Part shown: one piece after another, positions 1 to 12,899 of the stretch
How positions within the stretch are numbered: position 1 is the first letter of the stretch
Layout of the letters: every line of letters starts with the position of its first letter
From: Octopus sinensis
Lineage: Eukaryota
Direction: 5' to 3'
Assembly (NCBI RefSeq): GCF_006345805.1
Contig: NW_021831824.1
Location: 728 to 64,727 of the forward strand
DNA: 64,000 bases
Position numbers and translations under genes: made by a program
Notes under the pieces: generated by a model
The model's database searches: none
The model's input: the letters and a program-made list of their open reading frames with translations, nothing else
What the model was told of the DNA's origin: nothing

Positions 1-14
1 TATATATATATATA

Positions 15-210
15 GTTGGAATTTGCAGGAAAAACAAAAGACGAAGACAGGTGTATAAACAACAAGCAGGTGTATTAGTTTGACGCTCGGGAAGGGGAGA
101 AAGTCTTTTACGTTTCGAGCCTACGTTCTTGAACAGAAAGAAACACAAGGAAATAAATAGAGAGAGAATTAAAAAAAACCTTATGGATTTAGCGGACAAT
201 CATGGCGACT
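15..210 (-). mobile_element. Penelope-like terminal fragment abutting a (TA)n tract, with degenerate hammerhead
   Basis: Reverse complement of the family at 12450-12650 and 42325-42520. Minus strand reads CTTT-CTGTTCA-A-GAACGTAGGCTC-GAAA-CGT-A-AAAG. Confidence 0.55.
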
Positions 211-234
211 GTATATATACATATATACATACAT

Positions 235-880
235 CTAAAAGCACATTAAATGTTCATACAGCACCAGGAGAGAAAGCAAAAGGACAAAATAATCTAGCAA
301 AAATTACTGGATAATTCTGTGATTTTAGAGTCAAGTTTTGGCTGCTATTTCCAGCGTGGTGTTATCTCTTAGATACCCTAAATTATAAGTTTAATAATAA
401 TTATTACCTTTGAAGGTTTTTATCCCCATGCTGACCACTTGATAAGATCGATATTTAAATTAACGATCTTATCCTTATTCATATAAATTTTATATATTTA
501 TTTCGCCATTATATTTACTGCGGTGATATTTCGACCATATCGCACGAGGAGTTATAGGCGGGCAATTTAAACTGGTCGTGTTCATACATGCATATGTATG
601 TATGTATACGTTCGTATATGAAAGTATTCGTAAGTTATATGTATATATATTTGTATTTATGTTACTATCTGTGTATATACCACTGATGAGGCAAAGCATT
701 TCTTATGCAAAGCCAGAAAACCGGGATCTGAAATTATCTAGTAATTTTTTGCTAGTTTATTTAGTCCTTTTGTCTTCTCTCCTAGTGCTGTATAAACATT
801 TAATGTAGTTTTAGAGTCACGTTTTGGCTGCTATTTCCAGCGTGGTGGTATCTCCTAGATAGCCTAAATTATAATTTATA
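235..880 (+). mobile_element. Penelope-like non-coding insertion: inverted 5' piece plus partial tandem
   Basis: 235-316 is the reverse complement of about 733-815. GTTTTGGCTGCTATTTCCAGCGTGGT recurs at 335 and 821. Hammerhead-like motif at 678-733. Flanked by TA-rich tracts, with a second copy at 49948-50265. Confidence 0.6.
678..733 (+). ncRNA. Type I hammerhead ribozyme-like motif (decayed stems I and III)
   Basis: CA-CTGATGA-GGC...GCC-A-GAAA-ACCGGGAT-C-TG. A better-paired copy is at 50195-50252. Confidence 0.5.
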
Positions 881-1407
881 TATATATATATCGATTTCAT
901 ATTTCGCTCCATATCTTTTTCGTGCTACACCTCCAACCCAATGGTTAGCTTTGAAATTGGTTTCATACACCCTTGTTCTACAACTACTGCTACTGCTCCA
1001 TTACAATTATAACTACCACATTTACTAGTTGTTAAAGTGTATCACTGAAGATTTGTCTATAGAGTTCGCAGCCACCACAGAAAGTTACGACGTTTCTATG
1101 CCTTTTTTCTATCTTTGATCGCTTTATTTACATAGACGTATTCGTATTTGTATACGAAGCGTCGTCACTTCCGATGCTAGTTCTGAACTCTATAAAAAAT
1201 CTGAAGAGATACACTTATAGATAAAAATATCGCACTACTAACACAAAAGCAAGGTTCAATATTGACTCATAAACCTTTAATATATTCTTGATAGTACATT
1301 ACGCATGCGAAACTAAATACTCTGACCTTACAAGTAAATAACAATTACTAAGTACCAATTATCACCATTGCTACCAAAATTACCAACTACGACTACTAAT
1401 AAATTAT

Positions 1408-1626
1408 AATGGTTTCAAATTTTGTCACAAGGCCAGCAATTTTTGGGGAGGTAAGGTAAGTCGATTACATCGACCCCACTGTGTAACTGGTACTTAATTT
1501 ATCGATCCCCAAAGGAGGAAAGGCAAAGTCGACCTCGGCGGAATTTGAACTCAGAACGTAGCAGCAGACGAAATGCCGCTAAGCATTTCGCCCAGTGTGC
1601 TAACGAATCTACCAGCTCACCGACTT
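1408..1626 (-). mobile_element. tRNA-derived SINE with Nin/Deu-like central domain (family N)
   Basis: B-box-like GAGTTCAAATTCC and core GTCGACTTTGCCTTTCCTCCTTTGGGGATCGATAAATTAAGTACCAG on the minus strand. Many copies in the window. Confidence 0.75.
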
Positions 1627-1691
1627 AATGATAACAATCATACTATTACCACTACTACTGCTGCTGCTGCTGCTACTACTACTACTACTAC

Positions 1692-1732
<41 letters not shown>

Positions 1733-1786
1733 TAATAATAATAATAATAATAACAATAATAATAATAATAATAATAATGATAATAA

Positions 1787-2062
1787 CGGTTTCAGATGTT
1801 GGCAAAAGACCAGCACTTTCAGGTGATAAGTCGATTGCATCGACCCAGTACTCAGTTTGTACTCATTTTATCAACCACGAGAGTATGAAAGGCAAAGTCG
1901 ACTTCAGCTGTGTTTGAACTCAGAACATAAACACTAGCGAAATGCCGCTAAACATTTTCCCGGCGTACTAACGATTCTGACAGCTCGCCGCATTATTGTT
2001 TCAAACTCAGGCACAAGGCCAAGAATCTTTAAGGGGAGCGGGTTAGTCGATTACATCGACCC
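1787..2062 (-). mobile_element. Family N SINE plus adjacent partial copy
   Basis: Same core and tRNA-like head as 1408-1626, next to (AAT)n. Confidence 0.7.
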
Positions 2063-2233
2063 CAAATATAAAATATTTCTGTTGACAGCAGTATTAAATT
2101 CATTTCCCGATGGTTACACAAGTAAAGCCACTTCAGCTGACACTGATACGTTATTATTTTAACGACTCTGGGGAGTTGCAAAGGAAAACCAACACCTACA
2201 TAGAAGAACTCAACTACACGTAAACATAGTCAT

Positions 2234-2300
2234 CTACATATATATATATATATGTGTGTGTGTGTATGTCTGTGTCTGTGTTTGTCTGTATACATACACG

Positions 2301-2338
<38 letters not shown>

Positions 2339-2768
2339 AACGTATATATATATGAGTGTATTTGTGTGTGCGTGTATAAAAAAATGTACGTAAGTATATG
2401 GCGTTGCTTGAGAGAACAGCGAACCCACAACATTAAGCATGTTCAACACAATGTTGCATGTGATAAACTAATAAAATATTAAACTAATATAGAACATTAA
2501 TATGTATGTATATCTAATTATAGGTACACACGTACACTGACTCACACATGCACTTAAACCCACTCACACACCTCAGACGTTCGTTCATTTATATAACACA
2601 CACTTACACACACATAGACACACATATGCATATATGTGTATAAATATGCATTATACATATGTGATTGTGTGTGTATACTTATATTTATATGTGCGTGTAT
2701 GTATGTATATATATATATATATATATATATACACCCACACCCACTTGTTTACATATACATATATATAC

Positions 2769-2816
<48 letters not shown>

Positions 2817-3240
2817 GTATGTACGTGTACATATATAAATAATATAATATATAGATATACCATATATACTGTCTTATTTTATACATATATTATATGAAAT
2901 ACATACTATATATATGTATATATATATTATATATCTATAACATATACTATACATATACCATATATAATATATGTATAAATATTATATACGGTCCATATAT
3001 ATGTACATATATTATATATGGTGTATAATCAAATATATATATATATATACTATATACTATATATGATAAATGTATGTTCATGTATATATGCTATATATAA
3101 TATATATATTATTATATATACATATATATATTATACATATATATAATCTATGTTATATATACATCATATATACGTATTATTATACACACACATATATATA
3201 TCATACATACATACATAGTGTATGTACGAGTGTGTATGCG
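2234..3240. repeat. Compound TA/TG/CA microsatellite region
   Basis: Direct inspection. It produces the YIYI/HTHT ORFs. Confidence 0.9.
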
Positions 3241-3579
3241 TATGTGCATCGTAGCGCATGTCCTAGAGGAGATGTGTGAGTGTAACGCGTGTGCTTGTAT
3301 GAAATTCTTTGTTTTTCTTTCAATTCTTTGATTTTGGGTTTTCTTGTATTTATCCAAGCGAGCGTCACATGCCAATAGCCAGTGAATGCCATCAAAGGAG
3401 AGTACCAAAAGCATGGAAAGACGAAATTATGAAATTTCTTTTGAAGTTTGAAATGAAACTTGTGTCAGTTACTGGAACAACATGAAGAGGAAACCAAAGC
3501 GATTTTTCTTTCTTTCACGACCCTGAAAACAACCTTTCTTAAATAAATAAACAAACGATATGGTCAGTCTGCTACTCAC

Positions 3580-3680
3580 CGGAAAACATGTACACTTGAC
3601 ACAGTACTTCATGTCCGCTTCCTCCATTTCCAAACTCCATTTTTCTTCTAATTTGTATGATTTCCCTCCCAAAATGCAAC
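3580..3680 (-). CDS. chrd: Internal coding exon: N-terminal half of a VWC/chordin CR1 cysteine-rich repeat
   Basis: Minus strand reads branch-like TTCTAAC, then TTCCATTTCTTTTACAG|exon|GTGAGT. The 101 bp exon (phase 1 to 0) translates as (G)CILGGKSYKLEEKWSLEMEEADMKYCVKCTCFP, matching the chordin/sog CR1 pattern GCxxGGKxYxLxExW...YCVxCxC from recall. Another VWC-domain protein is possible. Confidence 0.7.
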
Positions 3681-3927
3681 CTGTAAAAGAAATGGAATGT
3701 AACTGTTAGAACAGTGATCCTCAAACCTTTTCTGTTTTTCAACTCGACCACTCTTTTATGCTGTGAAGAAATGTGGAGGAAAACATTGGTGACGGCTATC
3801 AACAGTTTCTCACAATTACGAATCCATTGAGGAAGGGTTTAAAATTAACAAAAGATCAGACTGATAGAACAAGTCCATGATCAAAACCATTCCAATTTGA
3901 CCGTCTACTTAGATATATTATCTTTAA

Positions 3928-4325
3928 TCTCTTACTTGTTTCAGTCATTTTGACTGCGGCCATGCTGGAGCACCGCCTTTGGTCGAGAAAATCGACCCCA
4001 GGACTTATTCTTTGGAAGCCTAGTACTTATTCTATCGCTTCTATCGGCGGTTTCTTTTGCCGAACCGCTAAGTTAAGGGGACGTAAACACACCACCATCG
4101 GCTGTCAAGCGATGTTGGGTGGACAAACACAGACACACATACATATATATACACATATATACGACGGGCTTCCTTCAGTTTCCGTCTACCAAATCCACTC
4201 ACAAGGCTTTGGTCGGCCCGAGACTATAGTAGAAGACACTTGCCCAAGGTGCCACGCAGTGGGGCTGAACCCGGAACCATGTGGTTGGTAAGCAAGTTAC
4301 TTACCACACGGCCACTCCTGCGCCT
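3928..4325 (-). mobile_element. Full-length tRNA-derived SINE with internal microsatellite (family C)
   Basis: Minus strand: head GGCGCAGGAGTGGCCGTGTGGTAAG...GGTTCAG, core CCTTGGGCAAGTGTCTT, TA/TG tract, tail CAGCATGGCCGCAGTCAAAATGACTGAAACAAGTAA. Full copy again at 33758-34164. Confidence 0.8.
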
Positions 4326-4697
4326 ATATATCAAAGATTACATTATCTAATGTATCCTTTCCTTCTTTCAAGATAGAAAAGTGTGGTTTAGAGGATACTG
4401 ACTGCTATTTCTAGCAGGCTATGCGATGACATATAGCAATCATGAGCAAATTGCAGCTCGAGCGACTTTCTGAATGGCACGCCTAAGAAATAATTAGTTT
4501 CAATCTTTTTAGTAGTGCGGCCCGCCTGCTGATGGGTCAAGTCCCATGCGGCCCGCTTCTCGTAAAAAAGCAGTCCACATCTGATATAGAGGCTTCTATT
4601 TTGGTTAGCGATAACAATGGGTGCTAAATTAACAACAAAGTGTATAAATAATAAGTGTATAAATAAAGTGTATAAATGAATATTAGTATGAGGAATA

Positions 4698-5028
4698 TTC
4701 TTTTCTACTCTAGGCACAAGGCCCGAAATTTGAGAGGAGAGGGCTAGTCGATTAGATCGACCCCAGTACGCAACTGGTACTTAATTTATAGACCCCGAAA
4801 GGATGTAAGGCAAAGTAGACCTCGGCGGAATTTGAATTCAGAACATAAGGACAGACGAAATAGCGCTATGCATTTCGCCCGGCGTGCTAACGTTTCTTAT
4901 TTCTTTATTGCCCACAAGGGGCTAAAAATAGAAGGGACAAACAAGGACAGACAAACGGATTAAGTCGATTACATCGACGCCAGTGCGTAGCTGGTACTTA
5001 ATTTATCGACCCCGAAAGGATGAAAGGT
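4698..5028 (-). mobile_element. Dimeric family N SINE
   Basis: Two bodies joined by AAAGAAATAAGAAACGTTAGCACG on the minus strand. Confidence 0.75.
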
Positions 5029-5278
5029 AGACTGTTGTAACTCAGCCCTGTCCGTTGTCTCTCCAAATATCACAACTTTGTTCTTAATTGTCACCCAGCG
5101 TCTCGCTGGTAGCCACTGGTCAATGAAGTATATATATAGAGAGAGACGGAGAGAGACAGACAGACAAAGATTAAGAATAAAAAGGGAGGAAAGAGTAATT
5201 TATATGAGTCTGTGGGCGTGACGTTTCGAAAGGCTGCAAGGGAGGAGAAGCACTGGAAGTAAACACACAACAATACAA

Positions 5279-5317
<39 letters not shown>

Positions 5318-5472
5318 CGTGTATATATATATATATATATATATACTTGTATATATATATATATGAATATATATACATACATATATATGTATGCATGTAT
5401 ATATATATATATATATATACTTGTATATATATATATATATATGAATATATATACATACATATATATGTATGC

Positions 5473-5528
<56 letters not shown>

Positions 5529-5990
5529 GTGCATATATATATATATGTATATATATAGTGTATATATACGTGCATATATATATATACATATATATATACA
5601 TACATATGTATATATACATGTGTATATAGACATATATACACACACATACATGCATGCATATATGTGCGTATCAATGTGTCTATACACTCACACACACATG
5701 TAGACGCGGGGCCACTACGGTACTAGAGACACCCATTGTCAGTAGGGGTTGATATAAGGAAATAAAATGTGATTCCAGCGAACGTGGAACACATACCTTG
5801 ACAGTTTTACGGCTCCTTAAGTTAAGCGGATAGCTCCGTGGTTGTGATGGTCGCGGGTGGGGTGGAGAGGTATTCTGGCGGGTGTGTCAGGTAACAGTGA
5901 CCAGCAACAGTTTACAATTTAAAGAAAATGTAAAAGGTGAGCGCCAAAATAATCTTGGGTTTGTATGTATATATGTATATATATAGATAT

Positions 5991-6021
<31 letters not shown>

Positions 6022-6060
6022 GTATAGGTGAGAAAGTTGGTGTGTGAAAGCACGTAGTTA

Positions 6061-6107
<47 letters not shown>

Positions 6108-6152
6108 ATATACTTACATATAAATATACATACGCATATATATGCATACACA

Positions 6153-6238
<86 letters not shown>

Positions 6239-6261
6239 GAATATAATATATATATATATTT

Positions 6262-6485
6262 AGTTGCAGCGTGGAAGGTGTTTAGAATCAGCACGGAATT
6301 TAGTCAGTGAACAGGTCGCAGTTTCAAAGCGGCAAAAATATTTTGACAAATTAAATTTAGATGTTGAAGTAAATCTAACTATTCTTGTGTGTTTTTAAAT
6401 GGGTTATAAACACCTTCCACGCTGCAATTGTTTTCCTTTCAGCACACGATCTCAGGTCAAGTCACTTGCTATGCAAGTACATCTC
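6262..6485 (+). mobile_element. Penelope-like insertion with short 5' inversion after (TA)n
   Basis: TTGCAGCGTGGAAGGTGTTTA (6264-6284) is inverted at 6407-6427. Family also at 31083-31280 and 59830-60129. Carries the G3-C8 hammerhead variant at 6303-6347, with GAAA mutated to AAAA. Confidence 0.6.
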
Positions 6486-6486
6486 C

Positions 6487-7000
6487 GTCGACTTTGCCTT
6501 TCACCCTTTTGGTCGATAAATTAAGTACCAGTTACGCACTGGGGTCAATGTAATCGACTTAATCCTTTTGTATGTCCTTGTTTGTCTCCTCTATGTTTAT
6601 GGGCAATAAAGAAATAAGAAACTTTAACACGCCGGGCGAAATGCGTAGCCGTATTTCGTCTGCCGTTACGTTCTGAGTTCAAATTCCGCCGAGGTCGACT
6701 TTGTCTTTCATCCATTCGTGGGCGATAAATTAAGTACCAGTTACGCACTAGGGTCGATATAATCGACTTAATCCGTTTGTCTGTCCTTGTTTGTCTTCTC
6801 TGTGTTTAGCCCCTTATGGGTAGTAAAGAAATCGGTATTTCGTCTGCCGCTACGTTCTGAGTTCAAATTTCGCCGAGGTCGACTTTGCCTTTCATCCTTT
6901 CGGTGTCAATAAATTAAGTACCAGTTGTGTACTGGGGTCGATTTAATCTACTGGCCCCTCCCCAAAGATTTCGGGCCTTATGCCTAGAGTATAGAAAAGA
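6487..7000 (+). mobile_element. Trimeric family N SINE
   Basis: Three tandem core copies, two junction types and an alternative final tail. Confidence 0.75.
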
Positions 7001-7099
7001 AATGAATGTGTTCATTTTGTCTTAAAGGTAGCAGTGCAAGCATTCATACAGAGACTATCTCGTTGGACCAGAATTACGAACCAAGACGAAGTTTAATCC

Positions 7100-7625
7100 C
7101 TTGATGAATGGATGAAATGGCCATATTGGTCTTACTTGTAGAAAAATGGGCGTTGCTTTGCCAAGGAGCACACGGAGACTGACGGACATGTTTTTTTATA
7201 GGGTGATTTTTTTTCTTTTTTATGGCCAGTGCCTTCGGAATATCCTGCAGATCACTTGCTGTGATGACATCACAAACGATGAAATCATGAGAAGAGCTGG
7301 CCAAAGTAAGTTCCAAGACATCATCGGAGCCAGACGAAGGAAGTAGGTTGGGCTATGTAGTGCGATTACCGTTAGAGAAACTGACGAGTACATCCGTCGA
7401 ATGGACAGTTGAAGGATGAAGAAGAAGAAGAGGTAGGCTGGTGAAGACATGGCAAATGACTGTGCGGAAAGACTAGACCGAGATGTGGTTTCACCCGAGA
7501 AGAAGAATGCAGTTTGGCCCCGAATGGTACCGCTCGAAGAACTAATCATGCACAATGCAATGTGAGCGAACGGAGATAACTTTATACATCATCATCATCA
7601 TCATTATCATCATCACCATCATGTC
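7100..7625 (+). mobile_element. RTE-like LINE 3' remnant
   Basis: CLRNILQITCCDDITNDEIMRRAG...IIGARRRK resembles the RTE-clade C-terminus. It has stops and frameshifts and ends in (CAT)n. Confidence 0.65.
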
Positions 7626-8019
7626 ACAGAACGAGTACTGTACTTGCTGACTTTTGAGATGAACTTTTTCCCCAAAAATAACATCACAAAAAAATCTCCC
7701 AATATTACATACTTTAATCCACTATAATCATTCTACCCTGAATATGCACTGCTGAAGTTAGGGTGTGTCTACAATACCCGTGCGTGTTTTATGCCATCAA
7801 ATACTCTACTTTCGATAGCAGGAGCTATTAACTGATCCATATTGATATATTTCTATAGAACATCTGAAAAACTTGTATGTTTTATGTTTGTATTTCTATT
7901 TTGATTTATGGATTTATTGAACATTTTAGTGGTTTGTTCATTATTTTTTTAATTTTCGATTACGTCTTTCGGTTTTGTCCAAATAAAATATTATTATTGA
8001 CACCTGAAATCATTTCATT

Positions 8020-8180
8020 GGCGCAGGTATGGCTGTGTGGTAAGAAGATTTTGCTTTCCAACCACATAGTTCTGGGTTCAGTCCCATAGCGTGGCACCTT
8101 GGGCAAGTATCTTCTACCATAGTCTCGCGCCGACCAAAGCGTTGTGAGTGGATTTGGTAGACGGAAACTGAAAGAAGCCT
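8020..8180 (+). mobile_element. Family C SINE, 5' half
   Basis: Head and CCTTGGGCAAG core match 3928-4325. Confidence 0.7.
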
Positions 8181-8695
8181 GAACTTCAAAAGAAACATCA
8201 CACTGTAAAATATTATTTGATTCATACACGATATTGAGATTAAATGGATTTTATCACATTTCTAGGTAATATGACAGCAGGCAGATTTCACTAACCCATA
8301 ACCCACAACACCATTTCTTTTCAAAACACAAGGATTGCATATAGGGTTCGAACTCGCTCACTTTTTGTAAACATGGTAATGCTCACGAACGCATCTTTAT
8401 GAAAAGCATGATGCAGGTGCGAAACGATGACTCATTGGTTGTAAAAGGCACCCAAATTTACCAGCCTGTCGTTCGTTTCCCAAATGCTTTATGGTTTATT
8501 GCTGTATTGTAGTTATTGTAGTTGTACTGTGAGTATATATATATATATATCGTTTTTTTATTGTTGAACTTTGTGTTTGTTACATTTGTTGTTACATTTG
8601 TTAAATAAAGTTGTTGTTTGTGAAAGTCTTTCTTTACGTGCCCCGCTTGTTTCAAGGGTGATTTGTTATACACCAGTACAGTATGCTCAACAACA

Positions 8696-9652
8696 TGACT
8701 CCAGTCAAAGAGCCACAAGCTACGAAATACACGATGGAACCAACAAGCATAAAAGAAGGGAAACATTTCGCTGCAGCCGCCACTGGGTCAGAAACCAAAA
8801 TAAACATCGAACCAGAAGAGTTGGAAAATTTTAACGAGATGTTTCAAAGAGAGGGCAAGAACTAAAAATTGCCCATACCGATGAAACCATGGAAAGTGTC
8901 GAAAAGAGAACTGTAATTTACAAAAGTTGGATTGTGAAGGACAAGAAACTGGATGTAGCTTCTAAAGAAGCCGTGGCACTTGCTTTGAAGCAAAATTTGA
9001 GGAACTTCACGTTCTTAAAAAGAGAAAGGAAATATGCAAAGGTAGAAGTAAGATTCAAAACCGAGGAGCTGGCAAAACTTCACTCTATAGAAACTCTAAG
9101 GACAGCGGAGGTGGTACTTTTACCCACTTACCTAGGCAGAAGAACGTCTAGATTAAAGTGGGTGAAATACCACCGGAATTGAATGCAAGCTGTCTGGTGG
9201 CAGCTGTATATTTCGGAATGGAAGAAAAAGTGGCAATCCTACAACCAACAGTAACAGAATGTCAAAATTGGCAGGGGAAGGAAATCGAGATGATTGTTCA
9301 AGCTTCCCCTGTCGACCTGGAAAATATAATAGAGGTTATCGATGTGGGGGGATACAAGCTCTGAGTAATGGTAGAAGGGAGGAAGCCTCGGTGTTTAAGA
9401 TGTAGTAAGCTAGGCCACATCAGAGCCGAGTGCAATCCTCCTCTCAATGAAGCACCGAATTCCCCACCTCCAGAAGAATCTTCAGAAGCCACAACCTCAC
9501 CATTATCACCAGAACCATCCACAAGAACAACAGAAGAAACTGAAGGAGAATGTCAGAAAATACAGAAGCAATGGAGTGGCAACAACAAAGGAAAAAGAAA
9601 AGACAAGATGAAAAATTGTCATCCTGCGCCATCGAGCACAGAGAAAAAATAA
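8696..9652 (+). pseudogene. Disrupted gag-like ORF1 of a non-LTR retrotransposon (L1/Tx1-like)
   Basis: Four consecutive broken ORFs ending in the zinc knuckle RKPRCLRCSKLGHIRAEC (CX2CX4HX4C) and a P/S/T/E-rich tail. No ORF2 follows. Confidence 0.7.
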
Positions 9653-9839
9653 TTCAGTCCCCCAAACAGATATTATTTATAACCATTCAGCCTAACTTGT
9701 TGCTGTAAATGCAAAAAAATGAGCGTTCAATGAGGAAAGTTAATAATATCACAACGGCCAAGAAAATAACAGAATTTAGCACACCGAAAGACATTGACAT
9801 TTTATTTCATTGACATAAATAATATCAACATACTCCGAA

Positions 9840-10280
9840 GCTTAGTGGTAATTCGTCTGTCTTTACGTTCTGAGTTCAAATTCTGCCGAGATCGACTTAG
9901 CCTTTCATCCTTTCGGGTTCGATAAATTAAGTATCAGTTGCGTACTAGGGTCGATCTAATCGACTGTCCTCCCCCATCCCCAAACATTTCGGGCCTTGTG
10001 CCTAGAGTAGATAAGAATATTTTCAATAATTTCTTCGTTGTCTCTTCTACTATAGCCACGGACTGACTAAAATTTTGTGAGTGGATTGGGTAGACGGAAA
10101 CTGAAAGTAGCCCGTCGTATGTGGGGACAGGGGTTTGTGTGTCCAACACCACCGCCTGACAGTCAGCAAAAGTGACCAATAGAATAAGTACCAGGTTTTA
10201 AAGACAAAAGTACTAGGGTCAATTCATTCGACTAAAAGCATATACGCAGTCTAATGACTAAAACCAGTAAAAGATAAAAG
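9840..10280 (+). mobile_element. Family N SINE followed by decayed family C SINE
   Basis: Recognisable cores of both families. Confidence 0.65.
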
Positions 10281-10569
10281 TGAAAAGATCCTGTCAAATT
10301 CTGAATTCAAATCTCAATTAAATTCAGTTTAACATTTCATCACAACAGGATTTCTTATTTGGTTTTGTTGTTCTTCTGGTGTAAAATAAAAATGAACAAT
10401 TACTGCGATTAATCCAGTAGTCTATATGTCTCTAGATTTCTTAGTTTATATCATTCGCTTCTAGAAATGACCATCTGGTTGGTTTTACATATAAACATAT
10501 GTATATTTGTACATTACCGTCGATGATGAAAGACAATGCTTTCGCACACACTATAAATATGTGTATTAT

Positions 10570-10616
<47 letters not shown>

Positions 10617-10659
10617 ACTCACTCACACACATACCCACACTATATGTAGTATAATATAT

Positions 10660-10692
<33 letters not shown>

Positions 10693-10695
<3 letters not shown>

Positions 10696-10883
10696 GAATG
10701 GTTGTATACTGTCAATCTAACAAGAACGTGACAGTAGGGGGTACACCACCGCTGTATAGCCCTAGGAAGCATCGGTGATGTACCCCCTACTGTCACGTCT
10801 TGTTAGATTGACAGTATACAACCATTCTATCGCCCCACCACCGTACATGTCTCTACGAGAGATTTAGAAATTCAATATTTCTT
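10693..10883 (+). mobile_element. Fold-back insertion in (TA)n
   Basis: Inverted arms of about 59 bp (10693-10751 and 10773-10830), then an unpaired tail to the next TA tract. Confidence 0.7.
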
Positions 10884-11387
10884 ATATATATATATATAAG
10901 AGAAATAGCCTCTATTAAGCAATTCAATCGGGAAAAACATTATCTATATTAAATAGAAAAAAATTAAATATACTATAATAAATATTATTTAAAAAATCAA
11001 GGAATTAAATAAACATTAAATTGACTCTTAATTATATACATATATTATATATTATGAAATTTGTTTTGAATTTTTCCCTGTAAGTTTGGAATTATATTCC
11101 CTGATATTATTATTATTATTATCATTATATAATTATACTATAAAAAGATATAATATAATATTATATTATATTATATAATGCAGCGAATAATTTAAAACAA
11201 ATATAAATCCAACAATTTCTTTCGAGTCATTCGTATGTATTAGTGAATTTATAAAATTCAGATTTATGCATATAATTATTGCATTTTATTTGTGGGATTC
11301 AACTGAATTACCAGTGGAAATTGCATGTTTTCCATCCCCTTGAAGGATTTGGCTTTTTTTCCTGAATATGATTTATATACACACACG

Positions 11388-11423
<36 letters not shown>

Positions 11424-11463
11424 CACAGACATATATATATATGTATACATATGTATACATATG

Positions 11464-11495
<32 letters not shown>

Positions 11496-12449
11496 TGTAT
11501 GTATGTATGTATGTATGTATAAGACTATATTTCGTATTGCCTGGCACTTCAAATTTCACCTAACGGCTTATTCAACCAGATCTGACTCAGTATTTAGTCA
11601 CCGAATAACTGAATGGTACTTTATTATTGTTAAAACTAGCTTTGGAATGCTAAATTCAATACACACACACACATACACACATATACACACACATACACAC
11701 ATACACACAAAGAAACAAACACACACACATTCATACATACATGCATATACATACACACACATAGATAAAAGAGCGCCCTCCTTGGAATTTAGATAACATC
11801 AGCTCGGTAGTGGTGTGTGTATGTTATCTTCACACTTATGCATGTGTATATACGTTTGTTTATCTATAGTTTCCTCTTTGCACTTACTACGAGCCAAACT
11901 TCTTGAATTCCTTACATAATTCAACAGTTCCATTAATAGCTTGCAATTACAGTTCATTCATTAGCAGCACTGTTTGCAATGGAATAAATCCTACCTTCTC
12001 AAGATTTATGCTTATGTTAATAATTACACAACGAAAACCCTCCAATAATTACAGGTATAAATTTCTAGGTTAAGTCCGGCTGTATTATTATCTGCATATA
12101 TTTTCATTAGTTCGCTATTGACATTTCATCTGTCTTTAATCTTTAACAGACTTGGGTGTGTGGTTAAGAAGCTCGACTGGCAATCACGTGGTCTCGGGTT
12201 TGGTTCCACTGCACGGCACCTCGGACAATTGCCTTTTACTATAGCCCAGGCCATATATATATATACATACATACATACATATATTCACTCATAAACACAC
12301 ATACACGCACACATCCAGGCCACCGGCCCTCTTTCACACGCACATACATACTCTCTTATACACACACGCACCTTCGTGTTGGGGGTCATCTTTACTTTAT
12401 TATCTCAACTACTTTCCCACTCGTGTGTGACCCTTCTGTCAGAGTCAGT

Positions 12450-12650
12450 CGCCATGATAGATCGTTAGCCACTACACACATTTTTTTCTTTCCTTGTTTC
12501 TCTCCTTGTTTTTACTGTGTCCCTTTCTGTAGAAGAGCGTAGGCTCGAAACGTAAAATACTTTTTCTATTCCTGAGCGTTATACTAATACAGCTGTTTGT
12601 TTTGTACACCACCTGTCTTCGTCTTTCGTTTTTTTTCGTAAAATCTCCCT
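12450..12650 (+). mobile_element. Penelope-like terminal fragment with hammerhead variant
   Basis: Ends at a TA/CA microsatellite and contains the motif at 12523-12558. Siblings at 15-210, 42325-42520 and 58130-58200. Confidence 0.6.
12523..12558 (+). ncRNA. Minimal type I hammerhead-like motif, A6U core variant
   Basis: CTTT-CTGTAGA-A-GAGC(GTAG)GCTC-GAAA-CG-T-A-AAAT, with palindromic stem III ACGT. Confidence 0.5.
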
Positions 12651-12658
12651 ATATACAT

Positions 12659-12741
<83 letters not shown>

Positions 12742-12899
12742 TGTGTATGTATTTGTACACCCACCCACCGTCTGACAACTGGCATTTGTTTGTTTACATC
12801 TCCGTAAACCAGTGATTTGGCAAAAGAGTTCGATATAATAAGTACCAGGCTTAACACTTAAATACTTGGATCGATTTGTCAGGCTAAATCTAATTTATC

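Noticed and set aside
5213-5240. CGAAACGTCACGC half-hammerhead on minus
   Set aside because: The CUGANGA half is absent.
5797-5875. Possible upstream exon on minus (AAG|GTATGT donor)
   Set aside because: The phase-1 frame needed to join the 3680 exon contains TAA, and the acceptor is weak.
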